Shown: piece by piece, positions 50,170-64,000 of the stretch
Numbering within the stretch: position 1 is the stretch's first letter
Layout: the number at the start of each line of letters is the position of its first letter
From: Octopus vulgaris
Lineage: Eukaryota
DNA: 64,000 nucleotides
Direction: 5' to 3'
NCBI GenBank assembly: GCA_951406725.2
Contig: OX597814.1
Coordinates: 139,500,001-139,564,000, forward strand
Translations under genes and position numbers: made by a program
Notes under the pieces: model-generated
What the model was told of the DNA's origin: nothing
What the model saw: the letters and a program-made list of their open reading frames with translations, nothing else
The model's database searches: none

Positions 50170-51110
50170 GTTCATTGACATACAAAACAAAAAGTCATAC
50201 GAATTCATCCAATTTGACATAGTAGAATTCTATCTGCTAACTGGAAAGCCATCCTAACATTAGACCTTTTTTAAAAATTCATCAAATTCAATGATTAACA
50301 ACAGATAAACATAACAATGCCTCAAGAATGTCTTCTCCCACTATTTTATGATAACTCACCAAGATAAAAAAATGAAAATGAGAAGCTATAACTGAGTTGA
50401 GGCAAGCAAATTAGTAAAACTATACATATTAGAAAAAAATAGGTAACACAGCCAACCACTCAGAAGAGGTTTCCACAGAGGAAATAGCTTAGCAATCTCC
50501 CAAACATGAAAGGGTATGAACAGACACAATTATAAAAAATTGATAAATACTTTCAAGGATCTCAACCTTAAGATAAATTATCAAACAAACCCATGCATAG
50601 TAAATTTCATTGACATAGTATAAAGCTTAATGAGAGAAAAATGCTATTACTATAAGAAAACAGAAGGATTATATATAAACAAACATGCGAACTACATATC
50701 TTTAATAATATAGAGCCTAGCCAGAGAATCTCCTCAATTTTCTCCAACAAAACAAAGTTAAACTAAGTATTCTACAATAAAACCTTAAACAAAAGTGGGT
50801 ACCCAACCAACAATGGCTATCATTAGCTATACAGCAGGAACACCTTATAAATCAGCTATAGCTGCATAAAAAATATAAATTACACCATAGCTAGAAATTC
50901 ATTAGTCACAGCTGAAAATAAATGTTATTACAATGGATTAAAATGTTGTGTGTTAAGTGGCAATTGTCTAAAAGAAGTAATCTTCAGAATACTGAAAGGT
51001 GGGGGTGGAGTAGAAACTGATAAAAACTATATTGAAGAAACAAGCAGATTGTTCAAAGTTAGATACACACAACATATACATACATACATTCATACAATTC
51101 TCACTGGTAA
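50170..51110 (+). pseudogene. Decayed Penelope-like element (RT + GIY-YIG remnants)
   Basis: EFIQFDIVEFY, VNFID, FYNKTLNKSGY and CVLSGNCL..KNYIEETSRLFKVRYTQH in collinear order. Confidence 0.75.
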
Positions 51111-51147
51111 GAATAAAACTTATAAAATGAATAGAGGAATTTAAAGG

Positions 51148-51218
51148 ATTGCTTTGGTCCAATGGTAAAATGCCTGTCATGTTTTGCAGGAGATGTGGGT
51201 TCAAGTCCCTTGGGTAAC
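51148..51218 (+). pseudogene. tRNA-like sequence (pseudogene or SINE head)
   Basis: A box TGGTCCAATGG, B box GGTTCAAGTCC, anticodon stem CCTGT/GCAGG but an 8-nt loop and a weak acceptor stem. Confidence 0.5.
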
Positions 51219-51649
51219 TTTCACTCTTACTATCCAAAGGGGTTTTAACCCAATATTTACACACCATTATTATGTGCGTCAGTATTATGTGTGTCAAGAT
51301 CCAGTCTTCCAAAGGAATTACGTATATGTATGTGTGTTGTGTGTCTGTATGTATATATATATAGGTATGTATAAAACGTATATATTTATATATGTGTGTG
51401 TATATATATATATATATATACATATATACACATATATAAATATATATCTTTTTTTATTTGTTTCAGTCATTTGACTGGGGCCATGCTGGAACACTGCCTT
51501 TAGTTAAACAAATCAACCCCAGGACTTATTCTTTGTAAGCCTAGTATTTATTCTATCGCTCTCTTTTGCTGAACTGCTAAGTTACAGGAACACCAACATT
51601 GGTTGTCAAGCAATGGTCAAGGGTCAAACACTAACACACAAATATATAC

Positions 51650-52040
51650 ATATATATATAAACAGCAAAATGTCTGTGTATCTGTGTGTCCTTTATACAA
51701 ATCCACAGTTTTGCATGTAAAAGGCTCGCATTTTCTATGGGCTTTCAAAACTGTCTGAGGGTGGCTGTGAAGATCTTTTCATTTCCCCAGTCACTCCAGA
51801 ATGCTATTAAAAAAATCAATAAACCGACCCCTTATGCCCATAAGTTATGGGTATGTGGGCATTGCCAAAGTCCAATGAATATTAATTATTCTCATTATGA
51901 GCTGCAACTAGCTCATAAACAACAAAACTGGCCCGGGCTGAAATGTGATAAGAAACTTAGCTCTTGATTTAGTGAGAAATTTTTACAGCAACCCAGCAAT
52001 GAACAAGAAGCATTAGCACTAGACCCAGCAATACCCAGTA
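51650..52040 (+). mobile_element. Probable non-autonomous Helitron-like element
   Basis: Starts TATATAAAA..TGTCTGTG like the 58216 element, truncates a family A SINE at its microsatellite, and ends near CTAG/ACCCAGCAA motifs. Hairpin not clear. Confidence 0.4.
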
Positions 52041-52885
52041 TGTATGTCTATATTCACATGCATACAAATATATTATGTAAATATATATATGTATGTGTGT
52101 ATATTTTATTGTTGAGCCCCAGTTCAGCCCAGTTGTAGTAGATCTATAATCAAAGGTGTTTCACTCAAAACCATTCTGTCTTTTGTCTATCAGGAACTAC
52201 TCTGTCCAATATGGTCTTCTATTTTAAAGATTAATATGCGATTCAAGGGAGGTTTAGATTTTTATTCATGCAGCATTGAGTAATTATATAGAAAATTGCA
52301 GGGTATCAACAGGAATTTAAACCATCCTCCAACAATTTTAAGAAACTGTTTCTAAAATTAACAAATGATTATTGGCTCTCTATTTTGATGGGACTTCATT
52401 TAATAGTTCTTCAAACCATTATCATGAAGTGTTGTGCAATACATTGTTTTACAGACAATTCATTACACAAAAAATAATATGAATATTTATTAACAGATAA
52501 ATAAGAAAAAAATAACACTATATATTTTAACCCACTACTGAGCTTAAATATCCATTACCATATCACTGAAGGCTTTTTGGATTCAATTATTTTGCCATTT
52601 TCTGATAAACAAGAATTACCAAAAGCACTTTAATGAAACTGAAGAAAAATTAAATAAATAAAAATAAATCAAACTGTTAAATCTAGGTATTCTTGTACAT
52701 TGAACTTTATGGCAGATATCAATATATATCACACAAGGAAGCTATCCCACATTAATATATAATTATTCTCTATACTTGTTACTGCAACATCTATGCAATG
52801 TGTCCTCCTAATGGCTTGAACTTTAAAAACAAAGGAAACATATATATCTATATCTATATCTATATCTATATAGATATATATATAT

Positions 52886-52943
<58 letters not shown>

Positions 52944-53744
52944 TGATTGATATACTATTACTTTTCATTTCTGTTTCTCCAATTTTCTTTCTCCATTTTC
53001 TTCTCTCCATCTTTATTCTATATTTTAGAAGAAGAGTGTATACTCAAAACATTAAAAACATTTCCTGTTCCCCATTTCCTGAGCATCAAAATTAATACTG
53101 ACTCTGGGTTTATTGTTTATCTTGTCTTTGTGTTATATTTTTGTCACCTTTGCACTATATATATTTGTGTGTGCATGTGTGTGTGTATGTGCACACATGC
53201 GTACATGTGTGCATGTACTGTAGTTAATCAAAATCTAGAAGTGAGAGTAAATAAGATTTACATCCTTATATTTACAGCTGTTTCATAACTCGCTTTCAGT
53301 AACATCATCAATTCTGATTTTAAAGATGAGTATACATTGAAGAATGCAGTAATATTGACATGAAGCACAACTTCTCTTGGCCTTGTGACCACTACATTAC
53401 ATCACATTTTGAAGGCTATGTATTTTCAGTTCAAGAACAGGTAATTGCTACAAAATACCTAATCAACAAAAGAGACAGTGAAGCCCTTGGAACTCCAAGA
53501 TGCAACTGAAAATAAGGATTGTGTTATATTTCTGTGGAAGATATCGCACATGTGATCAGTATCTATCCAAAAATGTAATCAAGGTACTACCTCCCTTTGC
53601 AACACAGCATTGTCTCAAAAACAATACACAATGTCATTTGGAAAAAGAAATATACACATATATATTTGTGTATACATATGCATGTACATATACATGCGCA
53701 CACACACACACATGTACACACATATATATACATACATACATACA

Positions 53745-54660
53745 TGCTTCACCCTCAAAAATCATAAAAAGGACTTTATAACCAAACCATCGATATGCCT
53801 CATATGCCCTACCAAATCCAACCTGGGAAGAATATTATTTTGGACAAAGTAATGCCAATTGTCAACGAGAGATTAAACGTCAACTTATGGTTCTGTACTG
53901 GTGAAGTTATAACATAGTTTCAACAAAAACTCTTATTCTTCTCTAAAATTCGATATAAATAATTACTACTCTTCTATTTCTCCCAAATTTCTTAATCAAG
54001 CTCTCCTTCTAGCTAGGAATCTAACTAACCTTAAACCACTAGAAATTAACATAATGCTTAATGCCCATACAACCCTTATTTCTTTTGAGGACAAACTCTG
54101 GTTCCAGGCCAATCACCATAACAATACCAATAATCATAGCAATTTATTTAACATTACCATGGGATCATCTGACTCCATCCAGATCACTGATCTTGTTGGA
54201 CTATACAGACTCCAATAGCTCCAAATACATTTCAAGGGAGGCCTCTACAGATGCCTTGCTAGTTACCAAGATGCCTTGCTAGTTACCAAGAGCATGAATA
54301 AATCCTCTTTAGAATGAGCTAGAAAAGATCTACATAAATTTTTCTCTAGCCTAAACCTGTCTATTACTCTTGAAAATTCCCACAAAACTACTAACTTTTT
54401 AGACGTAACTTTAAACTTAGAAACCTTCCAATACTCCCCTTATCACAAACCTAACCAATACCTTAAACATTCGTTCCAATCATCACAAATCCACGTTCTA
54501 TAACATAGTCAAGGGTATCTCAATCCATATATCTGACCTCTCAACCACTGAGGAAATATTCAATAACCACGTACCATATTACAACCAAGTGCTCGCTGCC
54601 AGCGGTTTCTCCCAACAAATAAAATGCATCCCTAATACTAGGCTTAAGCCACATGTATCT
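53745..54660 (+). pseudogene. Penelope-like reverse transcriptase fragment
   Basis: LKFDINNYYSSI, ITMGSSDS, TNFLDVTLNLETFQYSPYHKPN, ISDLSTTEEIFNNHVPYYNQVLAASGF. Confidence 0.85.
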
Positions 54661-54669
54661 CAAATGACA

Positions 54670-55630
<961 letters not shown>

Positions 55631-55739
55631 GACTCTACTACAGGCATACAAAAAACTTGAAACATTTTACCCGTGCTGTCTGCGCAATATCTGCAACATA
55701 AAATAGCAAAATATGATATCCATCACTTTACTTACTTTT

Positions 55740-55938
55740 TACTTGTACTTTTACTTGTTTCAGTCATTTGACTGTGGCTATACTGGAGCACCGCCTTTAG
55801 TTGAGCAAATCGACCCCAGGACTTATTCTTTGTAAGCCTAGTACTTATTCTATCGGTCTCTTTTGCCGAACTGCTAAGTTACAGGGATGTAAACACACCA
55901 GCATCAGTTGTCAAGCGATGTTGGGGGGGGACAAACAG

Positions 55939-55981
<43 letters not shown>

Positions 55982-56150
55982 CATATATACGATGGTCTTC
56001 TTTCAGTTTCCATCTACCAAATCCACTCACAAGGCTTTGGTCGGCCTGAGGCTATAGTAGAAGACACTTTCCCAAGGTGCCACGCAGTGGGACTGAACCC
56101 AGAACCATGTGGTTGGTAAGCAAGCTACTTACCACACAGCCACTCCTACA
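55740..56150 (-). mobile_element. SINE family A, full-length copy
   Basis: Reverse complement closely matches 4505-4908. Confidence 0.9.
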
Positions 56151-56159
56151 CCTATGTCA

Positions 56160-56612
56160 AAATTTGTCAAAATTTTAGGAAATGGTGATATCTCCAGTAT
56201 CAAAAGCATGCTGTTGAGAATTCAGTGCAGATGAGTAGGATGTGTTGTTTTAATTTAAGATGATTGCATTCCAAAAATTATTTTGTATGTTCAAGCAGAG
56301 GGACACTGTGGCAAAGAAAGACCCATCCTTAGATATAAGGATAAGTTAAAGCAATCACTAAAATCTCTGCAGTTTAATTTGATATCTTGGGAAAGTCATT
56401 GTCTAGATCAATCTACATGGTGTAAAATGTGTCATGATGGATCACATCTAAACAATTTGAGTTGAAACAGAAAAATAAAAGAGTTATATCCTGCAATCAA
56501 CAAACACATTTGTTCAATCTCAGGCAAAATCAAAATCATCTGTGTTTCCATTGGGACTTGTGGCAAAATCTATAACTGGCCTCAAATTACATTCATGCAT
56601 CCATCGCATATA
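56160..56612 (+). mobile_element. Decayed RTE-clade LINE 3' fragment
   Basis: SIKSMLLRIQCR*VG..DDCIPKIILY..RPILRYKDKLKQSLK..WESHCLDQSTW. A weaker LINE-like remnant is at about 30750-31000. Confidence 0.75.
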
Positions 56613-56771
56613 GGTGCAGTTTCTTTTATTTTCAGTTTCTTTTATTTTCAGTTCCCTTCTTTTCTTTCTTTTAATCCTTTCCTTCAAACGTTCATACATT
56701 GAAATCAATAGGAGTGACCATCATCATTATCATCATCATCATCACCATCACCACAGTCATCGGCGGTGGCG

Positions 56772-56804
<33 letters not shown>

Positions 56805-57267
56805 CCATCATCGTCATCACCATCGCCCCCACCGTCATTGTCGTCATCGTCATCATCATCATCATCATCATCATTAATATATTCTTGGAGTGGTTGGCAT
56901 TACGAAGGCCATCCAATCATAAAAACCAAGCCAAAATTAGATCAGAACCTGGTGCAGCTCTCCAGCTTACCAATTCCAGTCAAACTGTCTAGCCCATACC
57001 AGCATGGAAAGTGGACACAAATGATGATGATGATGATGATGATGATTGATGTGTCTGTAATTTTGCCTTTTTCTATGTAAGAAGTCTCCCTCAAATCACA
57101 CACTACTATTTCTTTTGAAAAAAAAAAAAACAGGGACACATTAAGTAATGAAAGCCTAGAGACATTATGTCTTCAAAAACAAAAATTAAACAGGATGCTC
57201 GTGGATGGAATACAATTTAATCATATGCCTACTCAGTCAATGCTGACCTGGAGCTAAACAACAACAA

Positions 57268-57897
57268 TATGAGGATGGGCTGAAAAGTTTATAGGCTAAA
57301 TATGAAGGAGAGATGCTAGAGCTGTGAAAGTACTTGGTTTCAATGGCTATTGTGTATGACTGTGTCTTTGAACTGGTTGGTCACCCTTCCTATTCTCCCG
57401 ATTTGGCCCCATCTAACTATCATCTATTCCCACCATGAAAAAATACGTCACATCAGCTGATTCTTATTTCTTATTTCTTTATTGCTCACAAGGAGCTAAA
57501 CATAGAGGGGACAAACAAGGACAGACAAACGAATTAAGTCGATTTCACTGGCCCCAGTGCATAACTGGTACTTAATTTATCGACCCCGAAAGGATGAAAG
57601 ACAAAGTTGACCTCAGCAGAATTTGAGCTCAGAACGTAATGGCAGATGAAATCCCGCTAAGCATTTCGACTGATGTGCTAACGTTTCTGCCAGCTCACCG
57701 CCTACATATATTAGCTGTTGATGACTTTTTTAACCAACAAGATGAAAGTTTCTTCACCAATGGGATCCAAGCACTGCATCACCAATGGAGGAAGCATGTG
57801 GACTTCAAGGGGGTCTATGTTGAAAATTAAACTTCATTTGGTCACATACCACGGGAGTATCTTGGTCAGCCTATGAACTCTTCAACCAACCCTCACA
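57268..57897 (+). mobile_element. Internally deleted mariner with SINE B insertion
   Basis: TIRs tgaggatgggctgaaaagtttataggct / agcctatgaactcttcaaccaaccctca. HPSYSPDLAPSNYHLF and FFTNGIQALHHQWRKHVDFKGVYVE. Confidence 0.88.
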
Positions 57898-58215
57898 AAC
57901 TGTTGAACTGCATCAGTTATATGATGAGTTATATTTTGATAAGTTAGTAATTCTTTTATTTGTTTCAGTCATTTGACTGTGGCCATGCTGGTGCACTGCC
58001 TTTGGTCAAACAAATTGACAGGGCTAATCAGATGGGGTCGAATCAGGAGACTAGGGAGGATGGCAAACCAGTTCAAAGCCAGTTACACTCATTCTTTGTA
58101 AGCCAAGTAGTTATTCCATCAGTTTCTTTTGCCGAACTGCTAATTTATGGGGATGTAAGTGCACCAACATTGTCAACAATGATGGTGGGTACAAACACAC
58201 ACAAACAAACATATA

Positions 58216-58615
58216 TCTCTGTATATATAAAGCTGAAGTTGTCTGTGTATGGCAAGTTTGGTAGCCATCAACTAACACTATCTCCTCCGAGACCCTGTGG
58301 TGCAAGTTGACCAAAATTGAGAGTATGATAGAAGAAGGCTTGCTTTTCCTTCCATAGAAGAAAAAATTCAAATCGAACCATGTTAACACCAAAAATTATT
58401 TACATCAAAAAGGTGCTTTTTTTCTATGAAAATCCCTATTTTTTTAACGATTTTTTTACTGCTGTGTCATCATTTTTTGGTGTATTTCAACCAGAAAAAT
58501 GTTCACTTAAAGAGAATAACAAACTACATAATGCAAAATTTTTACTTTTCAAAAATTTCAATTCTAAAGGGTTGAAAAGAAAACAAGCCCGAGCAACACT
58601 GGGCTATGCTGCTAG
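58216..58615 (+). mobile_element. Non-autonomous Helitron
   Basis: A|TC start, subterminal hairpin GCCC(GAGCAACACT)GGGC, CTAG|T end, no TSD. Inserted in the microsatellite of a family A SINE (57955-58935, minus). Confidence 0.8.
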
Positions 58616-58639
58616 TATTTATATATATATCATCATCAT

Positions 58640-58768
<129 letters not shown>

Positions 58769-59556
58769 ATATATATAAGACAGGTTTCTTTTCAGCTTCT
58801 GTCTACCAAATCCAACCACAAGGCTTTGGTCAGCCCAAGGCTATAGTAGAAGACTTGCCCAAGGTGCTATGCAGTGGGACTGAACCCAGAACCATGTTGT
58901 TGGTAAGCAAGCTATTTACCATACAGCCACTCCTCTTCAAACTATCTAATGAGTCAAGAGAAGAATGTTAATGACATTCTTATTTGTGACCTTGTAATAT
59001 TTAATCATAAATTCATATTCTTCATAATATTAATTCTGTTAATTGTGATAGACTGATTAACAAGTCTATCACAATAATTCATTTATGATTAATATATGTG
59101 CATAGAAGAAAATATTCTACATGCTAAACTTTTCATTATTATTATTATTGTTGTTGTTGTTATTGTTATTAGTGTTATTCAGATATAAATTTAATTGTAG
59201 TGATTTATATAAAACCCTAAAGATGAATCATTGACTTCACCTGAGGTGAGCTAATATTTTTCAGGAGGGCATTAATAACACACATTAATACACAAAAATT
59301 TATGGAATATCATGCTGTATAAATCTTAGATGTTCCTGTATTTATCTTTACTTCTATCGTTTTCTTGTTTCACTCGTTACACTGTGGCCATGCTGGAGTA
59401 CCACTGGAAAGAATTTTAACTGAACAAATCGACACCATTACTTATGTTTTAAAACTTGGTACTTATTTTATCAGTTTATTTTGCCAGACTGCTAAGTTAC
59501 AGGTTGTCAAGTGGTGGTAGAGGACAAACACACACACACACACATTTATATACACA

Positions 59557-59764
59557 TGAGGAGGTGCTGAAAAGTTTTTGGCTTTAAAGGTGTTGTGAAA
59601 GGCCTGGTTGGAAGCTTAAACTTCCAAGTTGTTTTACAGCACTAAGAAAAACTGAAGGATCACTGCAATAAGTGTGTGAATCTGAGAGGGGAATAAAATC
59701 ACAATTAGCTGAGCCACCTGTATTTTCTTTTACTCAGAGCCAGGAACTTTTCAGCAACCCTCCA
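59557..59764. mobile_element. mariner-derived MITE
   Basis: TIRs gaggaggtgctgaaaagtttttggct / agccaggaacttttcagcaaccctc, with a transposase C-terminal remnant (CNKCVNLRGE). Confidence 0.75.
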
Positions 59765-59795
59765 TGTGTGTGTGTGAATATATATATACATATAT

Positions 59796-59878
<83 letters not shown>

Positions 59879-59896
59879 TACACACATTCACACACA

Positions 59897-60780
59897 CAGG
59901 GTGTTTCAAAATATTTGATATCATTTGAGATGTAAATATCACAGAAACTACAGAATCAAAGCAAATGAAACTAAACAGGCTTAATGTTGAGCAACATAAG
60001 ATTTATTCCTCAAAATTTGAATGAGAAATTCAAAGGTATGTGGATTCCATGGACAATTTCACAAATGTTCAGTATGCGCACTGCCTGAGACATGGCACAC
60101 GTCAAGTCAGTTGTCCAGCTCCTGCGAAACACGCTGCAGCATGTCTTGGGTAACAGTCTCTAGTGTGGTAGTGATTCTCTGCTCGAGTTCCTCTAGGTTT
60201 GCAAGAAGAGGGTGGACATAGACCAGGCCCTTCATATAGCCCCATGTTTGCACTTTCACTTGTCATCTGCTGTAATGGCCTGAATGAGCTGCAGCTTGTA
60301 GGGTTTCATTAGCAAGCATTTCCTCAGGACATGCTAAACTGTCATTGGAGGAATCTGGGTTTCCAGACTTGTTCTTCTTGTGAACTTCTTGAGGCTTTGG
60401 AAGAGTTTTTGGCAAACCTGCTCAACTATCTCTTCTAATGTTAGTGGTCGTCCAGATCCTTTTGCACTGCACAGAAAGCCTTCCTCTTTGAATTTTTTTG
60501 TGCTGTGTCCAAATCTGCATTGCCAGTGGTGACTTTTTAGGGAACTCACTCACAAATGCACACTGCACTGTCTTGTTCGACCGTGTTCAAGCATACTCCA
60601 ATATACAAAATGCCTTTTCTCTTCCAGTGAATGCCATTTCTATACCTGAAAAGATAAACATATCAAACATTAAACATAAAATTTTGACCTGTTTCTACAC
60701 ATGCTGTTTGATGTCATTTGAATAAGAACTGGCAAAGTTATTAGATTGCAAAATGATATCAAATTTTTTGAAACACCCTG
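59897..60780 (-). mobile_element. Internally deleted Tc1/mariner-superfamily transposon (rosa/DD41D-like)
   Basis: TIRs CAGGGTGTTTCAAAA..TGATATCATTT / AAATGATATCA..TTTTGAAACACCCTG. MAFTGREKAFCILEY..KGSGRP..KPYKLQLIQA joined directly to WGYMKGLVYV..DMLQRV; catalytic region deleted. Confidence 0.85.
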
Positions 60781-60866
60781 TCTATATGTGTGTGTGTGTG
60801 TATATGTATACATATATAAATAACAAATAAAAGACAGAAGATGGAATATATGAGAATATATTATTA

Positions 60867-60966
60867 ATCACAACAATTGTTTTGACACAGCATCGATTCC
60901 TTTTGTGGGACATACAAAAACTGGTACAGAAGTATCCGGTGGTGTAGATGTATCTCATCGGGTAAT
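60867..60966 (-). ncRNA. Inactivated hammerhead ribozyme remnant
   Basis: Minus strand ATTAC-CCGATGA-GATACA..TGTGTC-AAAA-CAATTG-TT-GTGAT. All three stems pair but there are two core substitutions. Confidence 0.55.
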
Positions 60967-63900
60967 AAATAAATAATAAATCTCATTAAAATGACAGTTC
61001 CATAATGCAACTTTTCATTTTGTAGAGAGAAAAACAGCTAGACAGAGGAAAATTCTTCATATATATAGAAGATCCAAAAATAAAATTGCAGAAGACATAT
61101 ATATATATATATATGTATATACATACACAATGGGCTTCTTTCAGTTTCTGGCTACCAAATCCACTCACAAAGCTTTGGTTAGCCTGAGGCTGTAGTAGAA
61201 GATGCCTAAGGTTCCACACAGTAGAACTGAACCCAGAACCACGTGAGTTGAAGCAAACTTCTTACCACATATCCAAGCTTGTACCATGGGGAGATATATT
61301 TAATGATTTTAGCATTATAAAAAGGTTTCAGACATATTTAGCCTTACAGCAATCTCCTAGTTGTTCAGCACCCAGTTGCCTTCTATTGTTGTAGTTGTTA
61401 TTGTTGTAATAATTGTTGTAGTTGAGATGTTTTTTCTTTATCTTATGGTCAGGAAGGAAGGCAGGGTCCATGACCTTTTACTGGGTCTCGGAGACATGCT
61501 GGATGGAAGCAGGGATGAAGGTATCATCAAACCAGAGATTTGGTTTGAGCACTTGCAACAGAGTAGACTCCATGAAAGGCATCCAAGGGCCAGACGGTGC
61601 TGCTGAATCACCTGACAAAGTTTACCACTTGTAGTAATTGTTGTTATTATAATTGCTGAGGGGTAAAAATGGGTATCATGTATCATCAAAAGTGATAGTT
61701 ACATCATATCAGTTTATTGCAATGTTAATTTTTCTCTGATGGTAACAACCCATTCTAATCTTTTAAATATACTATCTACATAAAAATATGAAAGAGCCAA
61801 TGTTTTCAAATTGTGCACCATGGTCACTATATGAACAAAGAAAACTATGAAAACTGCTGTAATCCATAATTTCAAAAGATCACTCCAAAATATCTTTAGC
61901 ATCACCACCACCACCCCTCTCATCATCATCGTTGTCGTCGTCATCGTCGTCGTCATCGTCATCATCATCATCATTGTCATCATTTAACCTCCATTTTCCA
62001 TACTGGCATGGATTTGACAGTTTGACAGGCCCCATTGAGCCAGAGGACTGCACCAAGCTCCAGTTTTTGCTTTGATGTGGTTTCTCGAAATCAAATTCGA
62101 TGACTGGCATCCGTGTTAGTGGAGCACTAAGAGTACCATACGAGTGAGATCATTGCCAGAGCAACAAGCTGGCCTCCATGCTGATGGCACATTAAAAACA
62201 CCATTCGAACGTGATCGTTTCCTGTGTCACCTTACTAGCACTTGTGCTGGTGGCATATGAAAAAACATTCAAGCGAGGTCGTTGCCAATGCTGCTGGACT
62301 GGCTCCTGTGCATGTGGCACATAAAAAGCACCATTTGAGTGGAGCTGTTGCCAGTACAGCCTGACTGGCCCTCGTGCCAGTGGCACGTAAAAGCACCCAC
62401 TACACTTTTGGAGTGGTTGGCATTAGGAAGGGCATCCATCTGTAGAAACTCTACCAGATCAGATTGGAGTCTGGTGCAGCAATCTGGTTCACCAGACATC
62501 AGTCAAATCGTCCAACCCAAGCTAGCATGGAAAGCAGATGTTAAATGATGATGATGATGATGAGTGCTCCATGACTGGTATGCTGCAACACACTGCTGTG
62601 TCACAAGGTGATGCTAGGTGATGCTAGGTGTTCCACAGTGTAACCTGAATGTAATTATTTTCCCAATACTTTTAATTATACTTTTTAGTTCAGGTGTGCC
62701 GCCAAATTTTGAAAAGAATATAAGTGTACTACAAGTGAAAAAAGGTTGCAGAGCACTACTATAGCTGAATGCTCTTTCTAACACCAACCACTTACTTCAC
62801 ATAGTGCACTATATTGGGTGCTTTTTACATGACACTGGCACTAGAGAGGTCACTAAGTAGCTTAAAAGAAATTGTAAATTAGGGAAGTTGCTTCATTTAC
62901 TTTTTATAATAAATAATAAGCTGTTTTAATACAAGTCAGCACACATGTGCTCAAGTCTCTTGTGATTTCCCATAATTCTGCTGTTAGTAATTAATGCAAC
63001 AATACAAGATAATTACAAGATGTCTAATACTACAGTGATTTTTATAACATGCTCAAAGGCATAAGCATTGTAAATATATGAAATTATAAATTGAAACTAG
63101 AGCATTGAATTAACTGGCCACAACCTTGTTGCTATTCCATAGTGAATGTCACATATTTTAACATCTGGTCACCAATAAGTAATTAATATTCAGTTTGAAT
63201 TAACATTTTTCACTTACAACCAAATATATTTGCATATTGAGAACTTAGTATTGGCCCATGATACTTGCAATTAATAAGTGCATCCCACTTAATAGCCACA
63301 GTAATTATTTGAATTTCGTAATTAATTGAAGTGTTAGCCCTGTATTCTGTTTAAGAAAGACCAATGTATAAATGTAAATTATGATGAACTAGAATGCCGC
63401 CTGTCATATGAATGGTAACTTTGGAAGTATACTTTTGTCACCAAGGATAATATCAGGAAATATGGCATACACTCAATAATTATAATTTAACTTTTATGAC
63501 ATTTCCAGGAGCTTATATAAAATGATGACATGACTACTAAGAAATTTGAAAGAAAAATATTTATCTTAAAATAAAATTAAGTAAAACAAATTCCTCTCAC
63601 TACTATTCTCTTGCTTTCTCCTCCTCTTCCACCCCCTGTTTATTTTCTACTTCCTCCTCCTCCTCTTCTTTCACATGCGATCTCTATAATCTGCAAGACT
63701 TACACATGACATATTAACGTTACAAGTATTTAGTATTCATATACATACATACATACATATGCATGCATGCGCACATGCACATACACACACATCATCATCA
63801 TCATCATCATCATTATCATTGTTTTAAAGTCCACTTTTCCATGCTTAGTTTATTGAGGCAGATTTTCTGCAGAAAGATGTCCTTCCTGTCACCAACCTTT

Positions 63901-64000
63901 ATCTGTTCTGAAGCAAGGTAATATTTGCCCAAAGCCAGACATGTTCCTGCAGAATACTGAAAATGAATGGCGCTACTTCTATAACATCAACACTCATTCA

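Noticed and set aside
54249-54290. 20-bp tandem duplication (AGATGCCTTGCTAGTTACCA twice)
   Set aside because: Ordinary slippage inside a dead Penelope RT.
56614-57080. Poly-His/Ile/Ser/Met ORFs
   Set aside because: Frames of a (CAT)n trinucleotide tract plus a SINE tail.

Overview
AT-rich, repeat-dense eukaryotic DNA. The SINE families and the (TA)n/(TACA)n/(GATA)n/(ATG)n microsatellite load fit a coleoid cephalopod, probably Octopus (recognised by eye, not database-checked). The one well-supported host gene is the 3' part of DUSP12/YVH1 on the + strand: four spliced exons (2038-10560) encoding the C-terminal zinc-binding domain, with a probable 3' UTR to about 12.43 kb. The rest is a nested mosaic of three abundant SINE families, mariner/Tc1-type, hAT-type and piggyBac-type elements, Helitron-like elements, and decayed RTE, Hero, R4/Dong-like and Penelope retroelements. 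The most notable signal is a set of minimal type-I hammerhead ribozyme motifs, mostly in short, TA-microsatellite-flanked, often inverted-repeat cassettes that look Penelope-derived; one intact copy lies in sense orientation in a DUSP12 intron. Other points: tandem R4-like 3' ends in (TACA)n, several locally templated insertions, and SINE-internal microsatellites acting as insertion hotspots. Most ORFs in the supplied track are microsatellite or SINE artefacts. Repeat boundaries are approximate.
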